Source: Heteronotia binoei
Lineage: Eukaryota
Direction of reading: 5' to 3'
Assembly (NCBI RefSeq): GCF_032191835.1
Contig: NC_083235.1
Coordinates: 15,252,001 to 15,316,000, forward strand
DNA length: 64,000 nucleotides
This document shows, in pieces, positions 34,051 through 46,347 of this stretch. Position 1 is the stretch's first letter; every line of letters starts with the position of its first letter. The position numbers and the translations under genes are program-made. The notes under the pieces were generated by a model. It was given only the letters and a program-made list of their open reading frames with translations, had not been told where the DNA came from and did not search any database.

Positions 34051-35829
34051 GTCTAAATGGACCCCTGGTCTACGCTAGAGGCTGAAAGATGCGTGTTTAT
34101 ACAGTCTGTATTATTAGGGACTCTGTTTTCTGGTGTCTTTCCTAGGGAAATCGTTGTTGCTGTTTTGCTTGCTGACAGTACCTTTCTAAAGTGTTATTAC
34201 TCTGCCACAGACCCTTAATGCATTAGGTTAGAATGCTTCACGTTTTAATTCCCTTCTGCACCTAACCTAAATGTGAAGCCTTTGTGTGGGTTGAGCAAAT
34301 TCCTCTTGATGGATGACTGTATCTAAGGCTTGCATGTAAAGCTCCTGACATAAATTGCCGGAGTAGTCCTTATCTTTCAGCCCACAGTCCCAATTACCCA
34401 GAAAGTAGATGAGACTACTGAATGCATTAAACCAGTTTTATAATAAGAACAGGCAGGAACGTTGTTAAAAATCGCCTTACTTACATAGCTGCATGTCAGT
34501 TTGACAACAGAAACCAATAGCAAGCTGTTTGTCCAGGGAAAAAGAACAGGCAGGAGAGACGAGAATTGCTTCTCCCTGCCTGCTTTGATTGCAAGCAGGA
34601 AAAAAAGCAGGGGTATAAGCGTGTGGTGGTGGTGAGCAGAAAATTCATGCCACTGTCGAATGCAAATCCTGGTGTTTTTCCTTTGATTGCCAGCTGTGGG
34701 TAAGGGAATACTTGGAGATTTTGGGGGAGTGGAGTTGGCTGCAGGGAGGGACAGAGGTTTGTGGGAGGGAGGGACCTCAGCAGGGTATAATGCAGGCCTG
34801 TAGTGCCCTATGGGGCCCAGAGGGCCCAGCCTCCTTGTGGGTTTTACGGGGGCCCTTTCCCCCCAAGCCTTGGCTCCCTGATTGCCTCAACACATGAAGC
34901 AGGTAGCGGCACCAGCAAGCTCTCCCCTGAAGCACTCTGAGGAGAGTTGGGGGGGCGGGTGGGTAGATTCCAAATGTTGGGTGGGTAGGTGGGCAGCCCT
35001 GCTGCTTCTGGTTGGGGAAGGGTACAGGAAAGCAGGGAAATGAGGAGGGAGTGCAGAGATACAAATCAGCCTTCTTTTGAACTTTGGAATTGGAAGTTGG
35101 TCACTGCAGGCTGAGCTCCAGGAAAGGTAGAAAGGGACTCAGAGCTTACATGCAATTTAAATCATACTGGAGGGGGGAGGGAGAGGGGTTGCCCCCACCC
35201 TCTCCAGCTTTTTGCTCTCACCCCCATGGCCCCCCCTAATACAGCCCCCCTATGGCCACCTCTGCCTTTGACTCTTTGCTACGGGGCTGTACCACAGAGT
35301 CCGTCCTCCAAAAGCAGCCATTTTCTCCAGGGGAACTGATCTCTGTGGTCTGGAGGTTGGTTGTATTATCAGGAGACCTCCAGGTGTCACCTGGAGAGTG
35401 GCAGCCCTACATATGAGGTAGGGTTGCCAACCTCTAAGTGGGGCCTGGAGATTTCCCAGAATTATGACTGCTCTCCAGACCACAGAGATCAGTTCCTCTG
35501 GAGAAAATGGCCGCTTGGGGGAGTAGCTTCTGTGGCATACCCAGCTGAGGTCCTTTCCCTCCCCAAACCACATCCTCCTCAGGCTCTATCTCCAAATCTC
35601 CAGGAATTTCACAACCTGAAGTTGGTAACCCTACCATGGGGACATGCAGGGTGACATATTCCTTCCGCTGTGTAGTTCCAAGGCCAAGAAGGGTCGTAAC
35701 CAGCACCTTGAATTGAAACTCGCGAGTTACACTGGAGGAGGAGGAGGCTAAGAATCCACCCCCAAAGCAGCCATTTTCTCCAGGGGGGACTGATTTTGAA
35801 CAGTTGTAGTGCTCCTTGGGAGGACAGGT

Positions 35830-36280
35830 ATGGCAAACCTAGACAGTATAATAAAAAGTAGAAATATCACCCTGCCAAAAAAGTCAAGGCAATGGTATTC
35901 CCAGCAGTAATGTATGGCTGTGAGAGTTGGACCATAAGCAAGGCCGAGCGCAGAAGAATAGATGCTTTCGAATTGTGGTGCTGGAGAAGACTCTTGAGAG
36001 TCCCTTGGACTGCAAGAAGATCAAATCAGTCAGTCCTAAGGGAAATCAACCCTAACTGTTCCCTGGAAGGTCATATGCTGAAGCTGAAGCTCAAATACTT
36101 TCGCCACCCAGTGAGAAGGGAGCGCTCCCTGGAGAAGACCCTGATGCTGGGAAAGACAGAAGGCAAAAGAAGACGGGGACAGCAAAAGATGCGATGGCTG
36201 GACAGCGTTACTGATATAACCAACATGAATTTGAGCGGACTTCAGGGGATGGCGGAAGACAGGAGGGCCTGGTGTGTGCA
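35830..36280 (+). mobile_element. BovB (RTE) LINE 3' fragment
   Basis: MVFPAVMYGCESWTISKAERRRIDAFELWCWRRLLRVPWTARRSNQS.. is a typical BovB ORF C-terminus. Confidence 0.92.
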
Positions 36281-36491
36281 CAACGGCATACTATAGTTAT
36301 TATTAATTAATGTATTATTACCTCATTGAAGTCCCTCCCCTCCCAAACTCAAGCCTCAGGCTCCAGCCCCAAATTCTCCAGGTATTTCCCAACCCAGAGC
36401 TGGCAACCCTATTCATAAGCCAACTTCCGACCATGGTTTCAGATCCTGAAATGGAACACCCCACGCTCAGCTAATCACACTAACGGTTAGT

Positions 36492-36497
36492 TTTATT
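36492..36497 (-). terminator. PROP1: PROP1 candidate polyadenylation signal AATAAA
   Basis: AATAAA on the minus strand about 295 nt after the stop. Confidence 0.6.
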
Positions 36498-36790
36498 AAA
36501 TCATGGTTTTGGTGTAGAGCTGTTTCGTAGCTTTTCCAGAATTACTGGGGGAGGGGATGCCTGCATCTGAGCTAAGACACAGAAATTAGCCTGTTCTTTG
36601 GGAGTTCTGTTCCAGAGGTGGCGAAACATCCTCGCTGTTGATACGGTTGCCCTTCACATACAGGAGAGTCAAGTCTGTTCAACATCGCTGAGAGAATCAA
36701 TGAGACAATGGTGTGTATCTTTGGCCGTCTCCCCACCCCTCCCTGTGAACCATCTTGCAGAGTCCTGTCCGTCCCCCGTTGGCAAAGTGC

Positions 36791-37153
36791 TCAGTTCCAG
36801 TGGGTGCTGGGGTCGAGACTCAGTGAGATCACCGATGGCGGTGGAGCAGTTGGGGGGGAAGTCACGGCCCGCAAGGGGCTGTACCAGCTGTCGTGAGCAC
36901 GAAAGGCTTGAGGGTGGTGAGAGGTAGGGCAGGGAAACTGGGCAGAGGCGGTTGAGGGTGGTGGGGGGGTCAGAGCGTAAGTGGAAGGGAAGCGGGGAAG
37001 GGGGTGATGTGGTGCCAGGGCAGGAGGGTACTGGTACTGTCGTGGTGGCGGTGGTGTGGGCATCGGGCAAATGGACAGGATGCCAGAGGTGCCTGGTTTT
37101 AGCAGGGCCCGTTCCTGCTTTCGTTGTTTGGCCCGCCGGTTCTGGAACCACAC
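36791..37153 (-). CDS. PROP1: PROP1 coding exon 3 (VWFQNRRAK to stop)
   Basis: cctttcacAG|GTG TGG TTC CAG AAC...TGG AAC TGA; Pro-rich activation region; 363 nt. Confidence 0.96.
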   Translation of the reverse strand: MWFQNRRAKQRKQERALLKPGTSGILSICPMPTPPPPRQYQYPPALAPHHPLPRFPSTYALTPPPPSTASAQFPCPTSHHPQAFRAHDSWYSPLRAVTSPPTAPPPSVISLSLDPSTHWN

Positions 37154-39793
37154 CTGTGAAAGGAACCAGAAGACAGAAGAATACATCATGAACCAAAAAG
37201 GTTAGTTACAAACAAATTATAGGACCATTTACTAAAAACAATGGGCGTAACCTGAAAATTATCAAAAAATATATACACTTTTATTCCGTAATGAGGCTAC
37301 AATTGGACCCATAAATGTTTTTAACCATTCGATAATAAATGTATTTACAAGGCTTTTTTTGTAGCAGGATCTCTTTTGCATATTAGGCCACACACCCCTG
37401 ATGTAGCCAGTCCTCCAAGAGCTTACAGTGCTCTTACAGCGCCTACTGTAAGCTCCAGGAGGGTTGGCTACATCAGGGGTGTGTGGCCTAATATGCAAAG
37501 GAGTTCCTGTTACAAAAAAGCCCTGAATGCATATATTTTTGATATATTCAAGATATTCAATATTCGTTATATTGAATATTTAAGTTACATTGTTTTTTTA
37601 GTAATTGGCCCTAAAATTCATTTGTAACTTTGAAGAAGAAGATGATGATATTGGATTTATATCCCGCCCTTCACTCTGAATCTCAGAATCTCAGGGCAGC
37701 TCACAATCTCCGTTATCTTCCTCCCCCACAACAAACACTCTGTGACATAGGTGGGGCTGATAGAGCTCTCCCAGAAGCTGCTCTTTCAAGGACAACTGCA
37801 AGAGCTATGGCTAACCCAAGGCCATTCCAGCAGCTGCACGTGCAGAAGTGGGGAATAAAACCTGGTACTCCCAGATAAGAGTCTGCACACTTAACCACTA
37901 CACCAAACCAGTTCTTAATTCAATTTTTTTTTGGGGGGGGGGGGTTAGTTCCCCCCTTCTTTTTTCTCTGCTCTGAGAGAATACATGAATGTTTTTACTG
38001 GGGTAAGTGAGCTGATAATAATTAAGAATAATTATATGGCATTGTGTGTAATATTATAGCCAGAAGATCCGAAGATTGTCTGGCAGCCTGAAGTTCTAGC
38101 TCTTTTGTGGCGAGACCTAGACTTATTTTTTGGGCTGAGAGTGCTCCGAACGAGCTGTGACTTACCCAAAGTCACCCAGTTGGCTGCATGTGGAGGAAGA
38201 GTAGGGAATCAAACTCGTTTCTCCAGATTAGGGTCTGTCACTCTTAACCACTACACAAAACTGCATAGCATTGGGTTACAGTGGGTCTCTCGCTTTCCTG
38301 ATTCTGCTGGCACTTGAACATGCGAAGCTGCCTCACCCTTGGTCCATTGAAGACAGTATTCTCTACCCCAGGAGTCCCCACCACAGAGCCCATGGCTGCC
38401 ATAGTGCCCGTCAACACCTTTTTCTGGCACCCATCAAGTGTTTTTAGCAGGGGTGGAATTCTAGCAGGAGCTTCTTTGCATATTAGGCCACACACCCCTG
38501 ATGTAGCCAATCCTTCAAGAGCTTACAAAAAAGAGCCTTGTAAGCTCTTGGAGGATTGGCTACATCAGGAGTTTTTAGGAAGTGGGTGAAGCCAGATATG
38601 GCTTTTGTGCAGCCAGGCTTCTGATTGACTACTGGAGATTTGATTGGCTGTGCAGATTTTTTGTTTTGACGGAAGCTGCCACACAACACAAGGATTTCCA
38701 CTGTGTTACTGAAGCTAATCTATGGGAGCCATTTTGTGCCTGGTCCCGCCTCCTGTGGCAGCCATTTTGTGGCTTTGCCCACCCGACCATTCCAAAATGT
38801 GCCTGCAGGCTCAAAAAAGTTGGGAAGCACTGTTCTACGTGGACTGGCAGTGGTTCTCCAGGGTCTCCGGCAGAGATCTTTCACATCACCTGCTACCTGG
38901 TCCTTAACTGGAGGTACCAAGAATTGAACCTGGGATCTTCTACATGCCAAGTAGAGGCTCTGCTACTGAGCCATAGCCCCTCCCCAAATTTTGGGATTCC
39001 TAGAAAGAGCAGTGGACACACCACACCACAAGGGACTGTTCATGGTTGCCAATCCCCAGGTGGGGGCAGGGTATCCCCCGGTTTGGAGGCCCTCCATGTG
39101 CTTCAGGATCATCAGAAAGCAGGGGGGGAGGGAAATGTCTGCTGGGCACTCATTCCCTATGGAGACCAATTCCCATAGGGAATAATGGAGAATTGATCTG
39201 TAGGTATCTGGGGCTCTGGGGTGGGGCTGTTTTTTGAGTTAGAGGTACAGCATTTATTTGCAGCATAGCATCCAACACCTCTCCTCAACAGACCCTCCAA
39301 GTTTCAAAAACAGTGGACTGAGGGGTCCAATTCTATGAGTTCCAAAAGAAGGTGCCCCTATCCTTCATTTAAAAGTTGTGCGGTCCCTTTAAATGTGATG
39401 GCCAGAACTCTCCTTGGAGTTCAATTATGCTTGTCACAACCTTTCTCCTGGCTCTACCCCAATGTCTCTTGGCTCCACCCCAAAAGTCCCCAGGTATTTC
39501 TTTAATTGGACTTGGCAACCCTAGGGCCGTTGCACAATTCCTGGCCTCTGCTGCATCATGAACTGTTAAAATGTTTTAATGATTTTATTGCACTTTGATA
39601 TAAATACTCTGTTATTTTAACCGTCGTTAGCCGCCCTGAGCGCATCAGGAGAGGGCAGGATATAAATGCAATAAAATAAAATAAATCATTGCACATGGAA
39701 TTGCTGGCCTGAACACATCCTCTTGGAAGCGAGATGGCCTCTTCTCTGCTCTGCTTCCCATGTGCGGCATTCCCAAACTCTAGCTCTCTCACA

Positions 39794-39975
39794 CAGGGCC
39801 GGAACTGGGAAGGGGGCAGAGGGGGTTGCTTGCCCCGGGCGCTGACAGAGGGGGGACGCCAAAGTGGGTATGGAGTCCATTGTATTCTATGGGACCATGA
39901 TAGAATGGCCCATAAGGGGGCATCAATTTTTAATTTTGCCCCCCCCCCAAAAAAAAACATGTAGATTCGGTCCTG
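39794..39975. mobile_element. hAT-type MITE at the start of PROP1 intron 2 (second copy about 44330-44514)
   Basis: TIR cagggccggaac / gattcggtcctg; TSD ctctcaca / ctctctca (7 of 8 match). Confidence 0.75.
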
Positions 39976-39986
39976 CTCTCTCATAC

Positions 39987-40234
39987 CTGGATGCGAGCCT
40001 CGTTGAGTTTGGTGACCCTGGCCAACTCCTCTCGGCAGTAGATATCCGGGTAGTGGTTTTTCATAAAAGCCGCCTCCAGCTGGTCCAGCTGCTCTTGGCT
40101 GAAAGTGGTCCGGTGACGTCGGCGTGTGGGGGTGGCCGCTGTGTGCAAGGAGGAGGGGGTGGTGGGGGAGATTAAAGTGCCCCCTGTCAGGCCAGGGGCA
40201 CTGGGGAACTTCCTGTAGAGGGAGGCTTCGACAT
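39987..40234 (-). CDS. PROP1: PROP1 coding exon 2 (homeodomain helices 1-2 and start of 3)
   Basis: attttctttcAG|AT GTC GAA GCC...CGC ATC CAG|GTatga; 248 nt. Confidence 0.96.
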
Positions 40235-40599
40235 CTGAAAGAAAATAAGATATGCTGATACCACTCGATTCAGGCCGCACCTCAAGACCCTTTAAAAACA
40301 AGAAGATTGGATTTATATTCCGCCCTATACTCTGAGTCTCAGAGCAGTCACAGTCTCCTTTACCTTCTCCTTCCCCCACAACAGACACCCTGTGAGGTGG
40401 GTGGGGCTGAGAGGGCTCTCACAGCAGCTGCCCTTTCAAGGACAACTCCTACAAGACAAGGCCATTCCAGCAGCTGCAAGTGGAGGAATGGGGAATCAAA
40501 CCTGGTTCTCCCAGATTAGAGTCTGCGCACTTAACCGCTACACCAAACTGGCTCTCTAATGTTTTAAACTGTTATTGTAAACTGCCACAAAGCACAAGG

Positions 40600-41115
40600 A
40601 AATACTGGAACTGGAGGGCATCCAATGAAACCAATGGGTAGTAGATTTAGGACAGGCAAAAGGAAATACTTCTTTACACAGAGAGTGGTTAAAATGTGGA
40701 ATTTGCTGTCAGGGAATGTAGGGATAGCCACAGGAATAAACAGCTTTAAAAGGGGATTAGACAGATTCATCGAAGATACGTCTATCTATGGCTGTTAAGC
40801 CATGGTGATTGAGGGAAGCCTCTACATTCAGAGGCACTGAATCCCAGAGCCAGGAGGCAACATCAGGGGAAGGCCTTGGCCTCTCCGCCTTGTTTTTGGC
40901 CCTGCAGAGGAGCTGGTTGGCCACTGTGTGATACAGGATGCAGGACTAGATGGCCCACTGGTCTGATCCAGCAGGGCTCTTCTGTTGTTCTTATGAAGGC
41001 CTCAGCGTCTTTGCCCTGTTGTTGGCCCTCCGGAGAAACTGGCTGGCCATTGCGTGAGACAGGATGCTGGACTGGATGGACCACTGGTCTGATTGAGCAG
41101 GGCTCTTGTTATGGT
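40600..41115 (+). mobile_element. CR1 LINE 3' fragment
   Basis: Similar to 70-457. Confidence 0.75.
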
Positions 41116-41236
41116 CTTAAAGGTGAGATATGAATGTTTTAATGAATAAATAAAATTGGGATTTGGGTCATCTTTGTCAACACACTAAGTCCCTAACACT
41201 GTTATAGCACTGTTCTGTTCAGAGCTGTGTTCATTG

Positions 41237-42616
41237 TGATGAAGATTTTAATAGATGCTAAAGAGAGAGGTGGTTTTCAGCTCCCGGACTTAAGATTGTA
41301 TCATGATGCGGTTTGTTTGACATGGATCAAAGATTGGATAATGCTGTTAGATAAAAAACCTTTATGGTTAGAAGCTCATGGGAATAAATTCGGCTGGCAT
41401 GCATATCTGTGTTATGGGAAGAACAAGATGGGCGTTTTTTTCTCTCACCACTATATCAGAAATAGTTTATTAAACACTTGGATAAAATATAAGAAATATG
41501 GCGACGAGAGAAAACCGCTTTGGATAGTGCCAGCGGAAGTAATAAAAATAACAGCTGAATCTGATGAAGAAAGAGCGATGTCATATAATCAACTGCTCAA
41601 GATTCAAGGAGACAAAATTGAATTAAAATCTGCAGAAGAGTTAAAGAATAAATATGACTGGTTTCAAATGCAACAAATTAAAAGCTTGATGGAAAATGAT
41701 ATTAAAATGGATGGCATTAGACGCGAGCAAACAGAACTGGAAAGGGTCCTGCTTGGAGATAATGAAACATTAATATCGAAAGTATATAAATTATTATTGA
41801 AATGGTTTACAGAAGAAGAAGTAGTAAAATCTCAAATGGTAAAATGGGCAATTAATGTGAATAGAGAAATACAAATGGATACATGGGAGCACCTTTGGAA
41901 GAACTCGATGAAGATCTCAACTTGTCAGAGTATTAAGGAGAATTGTTTTAAGATGATGTATAGGTGGTACATGACTCCGAAAAAACTGGCTAGGATGAGT
42001 AAAAAGATGTCAGATAGGTGTTGGAAATGTAAAAAACATGAAGGCTCTTTCATATGTGGTGGACTTGTGAAAAAGTGAAGGAGTATTGGAAGATGATACA
42101 ACAAGAAATCTCCAAAATTTTGGGTTATGACATCAAGAAAACTGCAGAGACTTTTTGGCTTGGATTACAATTAGAAAAATTTCCAAAGGAAGACAGGACT
42201 TTAATTTGGTATTTGCTCTCAGCTGCTAGGACATTGTATGCGCAGCTGTGGAAACAAGGAACAATACCAGAGAAATGGGATTGGATTGTGAAAGTTTTAT
42301 CGTGGAGTGAGATGGACAAATTAACTAAAACTTTTAAGAGACTATGACTTGGACTTATTCAAAAAGGAGTGGAAGAAATTCAAAGGATATATGGAGAAAG
42401 AGTGGAACGTAAAAAGACATTGGACAATTTTTTAGTATTAATCAAAAGTATTACATTGTGATAGATTAGTGGTACCTTTAAAATTAACTGCAAATTTATA
42501 ACTTCGGGGAAGTCAATATTGGAGGGAGGGGGGGTGTCATATGGTTTAGTATAAGAAAAAGATAATTAAATATTGTAACCATGTGTTATTAATAAATTGT
42601 TAAAACACAAAACACA
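41237..42616 (+). mobile_element. 5'-truncated L1/Tx1-clade LINE (ORF2 C-terminus, one frameshift)
   Basis: GGFQLPDLRLYHDA and zinc knuckle DRCWKC..(H)MWWTC, polyA-like tail, and perfect 16-bp TSD agagctgtgttcattg (41221-41236, 42617-42632). Confidence 0.92.
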
Positions 42617-43130
42617 AGAGCTGTGTTCATTGCATGCTTCCAAAATAAAATCTATACCGAGAATAGTTTAGTCCTCTATCCCAGGCATCCCCCAACATGG
42701 GATCCATGGAGCCACACCAACACATTTTTTGGTGCCCACCAAGTGTTTTCAAAAGGTAAGCAGGGTCAGTTAGGGCTTTTGCCCAGCAGAGCTTCTAACT
42801 GGCCATTAAGCTTGCCAATCCCCAGGTAGGGGCAGGGGATCCCCTGGTTGGGAGGCCCTCCCTCTGCTTCAGGGTCATCAGAAAGTGGCGGGAGGGGAAT
42901 GTCTGCTGGGCAGTCCATTATTCCCTATGGAGACTGATTCCCATAGGGTATAATGGAACATCAGGGAATACATCCGTTTCCTGTGGGTACCACATCGGGA
43001 ATCCCTGCAATAGTGCAAAGATGATATAATATCCAAGGATGTGCAGGCACAGCCTTGGAGAAGAGGGGAAGGGGATGCAACTGGGAAGACCACTGAAGAG
43101 GGAACACTGTTGACCTAGCCTCCTTTTCTG

Positions 43131-43656
43131 TCTGCTCCATATGAACTTCTTCTTCTTCTTCATGTTGGATCAGGCCAATGGCCCATCCAGTCCAACACTC
43201 TGTGTCACACAGTGGCCAAAAAAACCCAAGTGCCATCAGGAGGTCCACCAGTGGGGCTAGAAGCCCTCCTACTGTGCCCCCCACAAGCACAAAGAATACA
43301 GAGCATCACTGCCCCAGACTGAGAGTTCCAACAATAGGCTGTGGCTAATAGCCACTGATGAACCTCTGCTCCATATGCTTATCCAATCTCCTCTTGAAGC
43401 TGGCTATGCTTGTAGCCACCACCACCTCCTGTGGCAGTGAATTCAATGTGTTAATCACCCTTTGGGTGAAGAAGGACTTCCTTTTATCCATTCTAACCGT
43501 CTGCTCAGCAATTTCATTGAGTGCCCACGAGTTCTTGCATTGTGAGAAAGGGAAAAAAGCACTTCTTTCTCTACCTTCTCTATCCCATGCATAATCTTGT
43601 AAACCTTTTATCATGTCACCCCTGAGTTGACGTTTCTCCAAGCTAAAGAGCCCATT
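43131..43656 (-). mobile_element. CR1 3' fragment
   Basis: Minus-strand FSLEKRQLRGDMIK..RRLDKHMEQR plus the CR1 3' UTR. Confidence 0.82.
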
Positions 43657-44770
43657 GAAGACCCCTGAAGAGGGAACACTGTTGACACAGCCCCCTTTCC
43701 TGCCCACTCCCACAAACAATAGGATGCAGGGATTAAAAGGAACTCCGGTTAAAGATCTCAGACCGCTGTCGCTGGTCAGAGTGCTAACGGGACCAATGAC
43801 CCGTACAAAGCGGCTTCATATTGCTTTGGCCTAGCCAAATAGCAAGATCCAGAGGTGGGGTTCCATTCCTGATAGTCGTCTGCGGAGAAGTTCCCAGAGC
43901 CTCAGCCGATGAGCCGGCACCTGCCAAACCTCCGTTGCAACCTCTTCCTCAAATCTATGACTATTATCTTGAAGCAGCAGCTGGCAGCACTGGGTAGGTG
44001 AACTTTCTTTCTCCCATCCCGATAATTAAGCGCCACAAAGGTAACTTCTTTCTTTCTTTCTTTCCCCCCAATTCCTTCCCGCAATCCCCAGGATTAACTT
44101 TGGGGAACATGATGCTGCGGCCCCCACCTCTTGGGAGAACCTGAGCTCGTGAGAGCGAGGGGCGCACAATGGGCCAGCCGGGGAAACTAATTAATTTTGG
44201 GACCCTGGGGTGGGGGAACTTGAGCCCCCAGGATCTGAGCCAAACAGCTCTCTCATTAACACGTGTGCATTGGGTGTTTGGGAAAAGCCTGACCAGGGGG
44301 ATTACAGCCTGTTTCAATCTTCCAGGGCTCAGGGTCAGATCTGGGGAGGGGGGCAGAGGGGGGGTGCTTGCCCTAGGTGCCCACAGGGGGGGTGCCAAAT
44401 TCGGTATGGCGTTCATTGTGTTCTATGGGACCATAAGATAGAATGGCTCATAAGGGGGAGTAATTTTTTAATTTTGCCCCCCCCCCTCAAAAAACATGTA
44501 GATTCGGTCCTGCTAGGACTCAGTGATATCGCTCAGCTTCTTGGAAGCTCTCGTGTGGAAACCAATTCTCCCATTCTCCCCACCCCAAACGCATGTGCTG
44601 CTGTTGTGAAGTCAGTGGCAAAACTGCTCTTATTGAAGGAACTCCTGGCCAACACTGCATGGAAAAGGCCAGTGTTGTGGATTTCACGTGAGTCCCTGAT
44701 TAGATATCCCTCCTTTCCTACATCTAGAGGGAAATCTCTTCCAGGAAACTTGATTCCTGGTACTATAGAT

Positions 44771-45229
44771 CAGGGGTGGCCAAATTGTGTGCAGTGTTCC
44801 CTCTAAGCTGAGTTAGCGTAAGCTAGCTCACAGATTTTTTTAGCCTCCGGCTCACACGTTTTTGTCTTCGCTCAGGAAAAATGGCCCCAGAGCACAATCA
44901 TTTATGCGGTAGTAGAGTTTTTGCTCACAAGACTCTGCAGCTTAGAGGGAACATTGATTGTGTGGCTCTCAAAGCCCTCACTGCCCCATCGGTCGGCTTA
45001 AAGAAGGCATTTGTCTCTTTAAATCACTTTGCCAAGCCAAGTCAGCCAGCAGCTTGGAGAATGCATTTAAACTTAAAGTTGCTTTCTTTCCACCACCTTC
45101 TCCCTTCCCCATCTATTTGCCTGCCTGCCTGCCTTCCTTTGTCGCATCTGATATTCATGTCTTGTGGCTCTCAGACATCTGACTTGTATTTTGTGTGGCT
45201 CTTATGTTAAGCAAGTTTGGCCACCCCTG
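44771..45229. mobile_element. CAGGGGTGGCCAA hAT MITE containing a CAGTGTTCCCTCTAAG MITE (44792-44956)
   Basis: Inner perfect TSD attgtgtg (44784-44791, 44957-44964). Confidence 0.87.
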
Positions 45230-45705
45230 TTATAGAAATTGCTTCCCATTTCTTTGGCCATGATTTCCTTCCAGGAATAGAGGAATGAAGTTGGAATACA
45301 GAGATGCAGGAGGTATCTACTGCTGGTGAGTCTGTGGAGTTTGCTTTGCCAGGAATATCTCTGTGTATTATGCCAATGAACAGTCATGGAAGGGGCAGAT
45401 AAGAGTAGGAGATAAAAAGCTGTGGGTTGCCCATTAAGCCTTACACCTCTCTTAGAGCTATGTACACAATAATCACCATCTACTTACTTCTTTCCAAGGC
45501 GGTTGGAAAATGTAATATATCAATAACAACAACAATAATAATAATAATAAATTTTTATTTATACCCCACCAAGGCAGGCTCAGGGCGGCTTACAAGACAT
45601 GGTACATATGCCATGATATAACAATAAAATCAGAATAATAACAATTAAAATACAATTCATAAATTTAAATTAATTTAAATTAAATAATTATCTAAAAACC
45701 AGTAT

Positions 45706-45845
45706 NNNNNNNNNNNNNNNNNNNNNNNNNNNNNNNNNNNNNNNNNNNNNNNNNNNNNNNNNNNNNNNNNNNNNNNNNNNNNNNNNNNNNNNNNNNNNNN
45801 NNNNNNNNNNNNNNNNNNNNNNNNNNNNNNNNNNNNNNNNNNNNN
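45706..45845. other. Assembly gap (140 N) in PROP1 intron 1
   Basis: Run of n. Confidence 1.
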
Positions 45846-46214
45846 GGCCAACGGTAGCTCTCCAGATGTTTTTTTTGCCTACAACTCCCATCAGCCCCAG
45901 CCATTGGCCATGCTGGCTGGGGCTGATGGGAGTTGTAGGCAAAAAACATCTGGAGAGCTACCGTTGGCCACCCCTGTTATATATATAACAGGGACCTCTA
46001 ACCACCAGACTCCTTGCTCTGGAAGAGGCAAGGAACTAATTGTGGATGTGCTGGCATCCTGAAACCCGAAATGTTGGCAGGACATCCTGGCCGGTTGCTT
46101 TTGCCACCCTGAGCAATCTCTTCCTCTCCCCTCCCCCCCCTAAACTTTCCATTCAACTCAACCTGTCTAGGTGCCCTCTGGGTGCCCCTTCAACGGGTCT
46201 AGAGTGGAACTCAC

Positions 46215-46293
46215 CAGCAGTGGAGCTGACGGTCTCAGGGTACGCCTCAGAGAACTCCGCAGCCTTCCTCTTGCCTGCTCGTCCCCCCTCCAT
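46215..46293 (-). CDS. PROP1: PROP1 coding exon 1
   Basis: ATG GAG GGG GGA CGA...ACT GCT G|GTGAGT encodes MEGGRAGKRKAAEFSEAYPETVSSTA. Phase 1 matches exon 2 (G|AT = Asp), and there is an in-frame stop upstream. Confidence 0.8.
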
Positions 46294-46324
46294 CTCCCTC
46301 GATCCCCACTGCACTTCCCCCCAA

Positions 46325-46347
46325 CTTTTAAGCCTACTCTGACGTCA
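46325..46347 (-). promoter_or_regulatory. Perfect CRE (TGACGTCA 46340-46347) and TATA-like CTTAAAAG (46325-46332) upstream of the PROP1 ATG
   Basis: Motifs read directly 32-54 nt upstream of the ATG. Function is inferred. Confidence 0.5.

Larger units (their letters stand above)
36490..46293 (-). other. PROP1: PROP1 gene span (paired-like Q50 homeobox, 229 aa)
   Basis: Homeodomain [61 protein letters not shown]-terminus [11 protein letters not shown] resembles human PLSLEPSKSWN. Three coding exons with phases 1 and 0, as in PROP1. Confidence 0.93.

Noticed and set aside
38582-39178. 198-aa ORF in PROP1 intron 2
   Set aside because: It runs across several unrelated repeats (hAT, Squam2-like SINE, TAGGGTTGCCA element), so it is a chance fusion.
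42961-43290. MEQTEKE.. ORF as PROP1 exon 1
   Set aside because: It overlaps CR1 and transposon sequence and has no phase-1 donor.
43831-43866. ATG GAA CCC.. as PROP1 exon 1
   Set aside because: There is an in-frame TAG after 11 codons and no good donor. Exon 46215-46293 fits in phase with a consensus donor.
45688-45949. ORFs spanning the N run
   Set aside because: Artefacts of the assembly gap.
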